Positions 60,713-64,000 of a stretch of 64,000 bases of DNA are shown in pieces. The position numbers were made by a program, and so were the translations under genes. The stretch is from Bacilli bacterium (GTDB taxonomy: Bacteria; Bacillota_I; Bacilli_A; RFN20; CAG-826). Where the stretch lies: NCBI GenBank assembly GCA_045597865.1, contig JAZLKX010000001.1, positions 56,796 through 120,795 of the forward strand. The letters run 5' to 3'. The first letter of the stretch is position 1. The number at the start of each line of letters is the position of its first letter. The notes beneath the pieces were generated by a model. It made no database searches and was not told where the DNA came from. It was given only the letters and a program-made list of their open reading frames with translations.

Positions 60713-60832
60713 ATGGAAAAAAGAAAAAGTGCAAAAATTGTGTGTATTAAAAAGTTTGATTTCACAAAGGGCGCTCTATCATCTATTAAAGGCAAACCTA
60801 AATTTAGAGTTGGCCAGTATCATGTTCATTAA
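60713..60832 (+). CDS. Unannotated 39-aa peptide, putative rSAM RiPP precursor
   Basis: GGAG RBS; MEKRKSAKIVCIKKFDFTKGALSSIKGKPKFRVGQYHVH; 74 bp upstream of the rSAM gene. Confidence 0.7.
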   Translation: MEKRKSAKIVCIKKFDFTKGALSSIKGKPKFRVGQYHVH

Positions 60833-60906
60833 AAAATATATATATATATATTTTTGAATTTTTTTAAAATATATTTTTTCTTATACAAAAAAGAAAAAGG
60901 TTTTTT

Positions 60907-62214
60907 ATGGTAGGACATAAAAGGTTTATTGTTAGACGAGAATATTTCGGCGCTTATGTTTTTGACCGAGAACTTCAACTTGATTATATTTTTGACAAAG
61001 AATCTTTAGCCTGTTTTGCTACTGCGCATAATAATTTATCGAAGGTAGAAAAACAAGATTTTAAAAATATGGTTGATGCTGGCTTTATTTTAAATAATGA
61101 AATAAATTTTGAGTATTTTGAAAATGAAATTTTTGGAGAAGTTTTTTCGGCACCAATTGTTGTTCATTTTCCATATACAGATAAATGCAATTTAAATTGC
61201 AAACATTGTTTTTCTAAAAAAAGTCAAGGTGTTAGAAACATTGATTTTGAGATGAAAATAAAAGTATTGGATGAACTGAAAAAAATAGGCGTTTGCAAAC
61301 TTATGGTTGGAGGTGGCGAGCCATTTTTGGGTCCAGATTTTATTAAATTTCTTTTTGAATGCGAAAAAAGAGGATTCGTCACAAAAGTTTTTACAAATGG
61401 CCTATGTTTAAATGATGACATAATAAATGCATTGTCAAAAATTCAATTGGGAGGCATTTCAATTAGTGTAGATTCTGCTGATGATGAAATTTATAAAAAT
61501 ATTAGAGGCGTGGATGGTCTACATTTGGTTGAAAAAAATATTAAGAAGCTTGTTGAAAATTGCAATTTTCCTATTTCAATTTCTGCTACTATTGGCAAAT
61601 ATAATTTAACAAAAGAGAAAGAATTGCTGGATTTTGCATTAAGGTGCGGAGTAAATAAACTAAAAATTCGTCCAATACGTCCTACAGGAAATGCAGTTGT
61701 AAATAACGAGATTTTACCTGCAGCTAGTGATTTTGCTGATTTCTTAAGAAGAATACAACTGACGTATATGCATCGCAGACTAAATACATCATTTGTTTTG
61801 GATTTAAATTGGGGGAGCGGAAAAATTGTTGCAACAAATCGTAAATTAGATATGTCGAGAATTGCAAATCCATATAATCAATTTGGCTGTATTGCGGGAA
61901 AAGATATACTATTCATTGATACGGATGGTTCAATTTTGCCTTGTGGTTTTTTGCCCAATTTAGAAAATTGCAATGATAATGTTACAAATTCAAGCATTAT
62001 TGATGTTTGGAAAAGTTCACGCAATTTTATCGCTTTACGTGAACTCGAATTTAATGAAGAATGTGTTGGATGTAGGTATTTTGGTAATTGTAGGGGTGGG
62101 TGTCCTGCACGCTCAATTTATTATTGCTCGACAATAAATGCAATTGATACTTGGTGTCCTAAAAAGTATTTTCCGATCAAATTAAAGAGAAAAAGTAATG
62201 AAAGGTACAATTGA
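60907..62214 (+). CDS. Radical SAM/SPASM domain protein
   Basis: CNLNCKHC, GGEP, TNG, SVD; SPASM CIAG...PC...CVGC....CRGGCPA...C; RREYFG N-terminal extension. Confidence 0.9.
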   Translation: MVGHKRFIVRREYFGAYVFDRELQLDYIFDKESLACFATAHNNLSKVEKQDFKNMVDAGFILNNEINFEYFENEIFGEVFSAPIVVHFPYTDKCNLNCKHCFSKKSQGVRNIDFEMKIKVLDELKKIGVCKLMVGGGEPFLGPDFIKFLFECEKRGFVTKVFTNGLCLNDDIINALSKIQLGGISISVDSADDEIYKNIRGVDGLHLVEKNIKKLVENCNFPISISATIGKYNLTKEKELLDFALRCGVNKLKIRPIRPTGNAVVNNEILPAASDFADFLRRIQLTYMHRRLNTSFVLDLNWGSGKIVATNRKLDMSRIANPYNQFGCIAGKDILFIDTDGSILPCGFLPNLENCNDNVTNSSIIDVWKSSRNFIALRELEFNEECVGCRYFGNCRGGCPARSIYYCSTINAIDTWCPKKYFPIKLKRKSNERYN

Positions 62215-62803
62215 TTTTTATGATGATACCGCACAATCGTGGGCGGATAGATGGTATAATATAGATTCTTTTCTTCCTTATTTAAAACAATTTTGTTCTT
62301 TTTTGCCAACTAATCCTCGAATTGCAGAATTGTGCTGTGGTACAGGTTATGATTCGATGAGGCTTAAAAAATTAGGGGCATCAGTTATTGGATTAGATTT
62401 GAGCAAAGAAGCATTAAAAATCGCTAGGATTAAAAATCCCGATATTATTTTTTATCAACAAGATATTACTAAAGATTATTCTTACGTTGGAGAAGTGGAT
62501 GGAATTTTGTGTTGCGCTGGTTTAATTCATCTCAACAATGATGAAATGAAAACCGCTTTCGAACACATGAATAAAATTTTAAAACCAGGCGGAATATTAT
62601 TTATTGTTGTATACGATGGTGTTGGACAGAGATTTGATTGGCAATATATTACAATAAATGAGATTACTTATAATCGTATTTTTTATCGACACTCATTGGA
62701 TGAAATTAAAACGTCTATTGAGGGAATGTTTGAATTTGTTGCTGAATTAAATCATGATGAAGATGATAAATGGCGTTACTATATTTTAAAAAAAGATTTC
62801 TAA
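62198..62803 (+). CDS. Class I SAM-dependent methyltransferase
   Basis: ELCCGTG, GLDLS, LKPGG; overlaps the rSAM stop. Confidence 0.9.
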   Translation: MKGTIDFYDDTAQSWADRWYNIDSFLPYLKQFCSFLPTNPRIAELCCGTGYDSMRLKKLGASVIGLDLSKEALKIARIKNPDIIFYQQDITKDYSYVGEVDGILCCAGLIHLNNDEMKTAFEHMNKILKPGGILFIVVYDGVGQRFDWQYITINEITYNRIFYRHSLDEIKTSIEGMFEFVAELNHDEDDKWRYYILKKDF

Positions 62804-62905
62804 ATCGGTGGTTTAGGCATCTTCATGGTAAAGAACTTAATGGACAAGGTCTATTACGAATATAAAGATGGCAAAAACATCTTAACCATGATTAAGAAGT
62901 ACTAG
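62804..62905 (+). pseudogene. C-terminal fragment of an anti-sigma-factor-type HATPase (RsbW-like)
   Basis: IGGLGIFMVKNLMDKVYYEYKDGKNILTMIKKY* with no start codon. Confidence 0.7.
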
Positions 62906-62929
62906 GATATAGCGAATTAAATTAAAAGC

Positions 62930-64000
62930 GGTCTCCACGTTAAAATGTGGTAAAGAAGACCTGAATTACCCAACAGGTTATCCGGTCTTCTTGCTATTCA
63001 CTATGTAAAGTATCCTTTTTCGGAGTCTGGTGAAGTTAACCAATCCAAAAGAAGTTGAAATTAATTTTTCAATAACTGAATTGTTTGCCTCTGCAACGCC
63101 ATTTGACAGTCTTCTTTTCTATGGGTTTCTTACTAAAGCCTTAACAATTTCATATTTCCAATTTTGTAATGATTTGCCTAACTTGTTAACTTCAGGAACA
63201 AGTGACGAATTTGAACTTATAATCAGAAAAGAAATCAATCTTTCTGCTTCTGTGTAGAACAAAAGTCTTCGGGTTCCTTTATAGAATTCTTCTTTCAAAG
63301 AAAAAGCTTTGTTGAGTTCATTGTATTTTCTCAAAACATATTTGACTTCTTCATTCAAAATGTAACGGCGCCGGTTCTTTCATTTACCTTCTTTAAAGTA
63401 ACAAGTCGATCTTCGTGCATTTGAAAGAATTTCCAATTATTCTTGAGAAAACCATACTCTCTTGAGCCTTTTTCGTTATTTTTCATAATGCGACTACGGA
63501 CCTCACGAACACAATTATTAAACAAGTTACTGATGTGAAACATATCAATCAAATAAATCGAATCAGGGAAGAAAATTCTATGCATTTGTTTGTAAGTATC
63601 ATTCATATCAGAAACGAAATATTTAACATTTTTTCGTTCACCAAAAGGTATTTTACTAAAGTAATCAACCAAGTAATCTTTTCTTCTTGATTCAACAATA
63701 TCGATAATTCTTCCAGTTAATCCATCAGAAATTACTGCAGGAAATTTTTCGCCTTTAGAAGAATGTCTAAAGCAAAATTCATCAATACAAAGAACTTCTG
63801 GAAGTTTCCCTCTCTTTTGGTAGGGGATGTCATTATCAAGAATCTCTCTTATTTTTGAAGGAGAAACATTAAATTCCTTTGATATTTCGGTGATATTTTT
63901 AAATGTTTTAAGTTCCTGGGCAATTTGAAACTTTGTTTCATTAGAAATGTCACAATACGCATCATAGAAATTAATTTTTTGTCTAAATGATTTTTTGCAG
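62930..64000 (-). mobile_element. ISL3-family insertion sequence (runs off the window)
   Basis: Terminal GGTCTCCACGTTAAAATGTGG adjacent to the transposase 3' end. Confidence 0.85.
62978..64000 (-). pseudogene. ISL3 transposase, disrupted
   Basis: LCIDEF, VSDM, IDMFH, SNGVAEANN..I..L....FG..NF..LR.RIL motifs; frameshift at ~63356 and in-frame TAG at 63119-63121. Confidence 0.85.

Noticed and set aside
60832-60856. (AT)n tract between the precursor and rSAM genes as a phase-variation switch
   Set aside because: Intergenic, short and in extremely AT-rich DNA; at most a weak hairpin

Overview
Very AT-rich window from a low-GC Gram-positive bacterium (standard code; the surface-protein style suggests uncultured Bacilli, which is an inference). 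1-33.4 kb is a large capsule/exopolysaccharide locus (CapF-like, WecB, many GT2/GT4/GT32, pyruvyl transferases, a radical SAM enzyme, two GLUG-protein + Wzy/ligase pairs, CapD/PglF, priming sugar transferase). It is interrupted at 21.8-28.4 kb by a defence-like insert: an HD dNTPase plus a methylase / GHKL-histidine kinase / receiver / HNH operon. 33.4-41 kb is an accessory zone (structured dispersed repeats, HNH, Fic, a phage-like remnant bounded by a 22-bp repeat, an atypical tRNA-Trp, RelBE). It is followed by a kinase / PqqD-RRE / S26 peptidase-nucleotidyltransferase cassette, two giant surface proteins (one a subtilase-endonuclease I fusion), an unannotated lasso-leader-like peptide, an ISL3-ended cargo element, a radical SAM/SPASM cluster with an unannotated precursor, and a degraded ISL3 transposase. 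Best novelty candidates: (i) two paralogous Cys-insert dNTPases, each followed by an independently promoted ~100-115 nt structured RNA; (ii) a cyclase-less RRE/kinase/peptidase-NTase RiPP-like system with a remote precursor; (iii) the new rSAM RiPP locus. All product calls come from motif recognition only; no searches were run.
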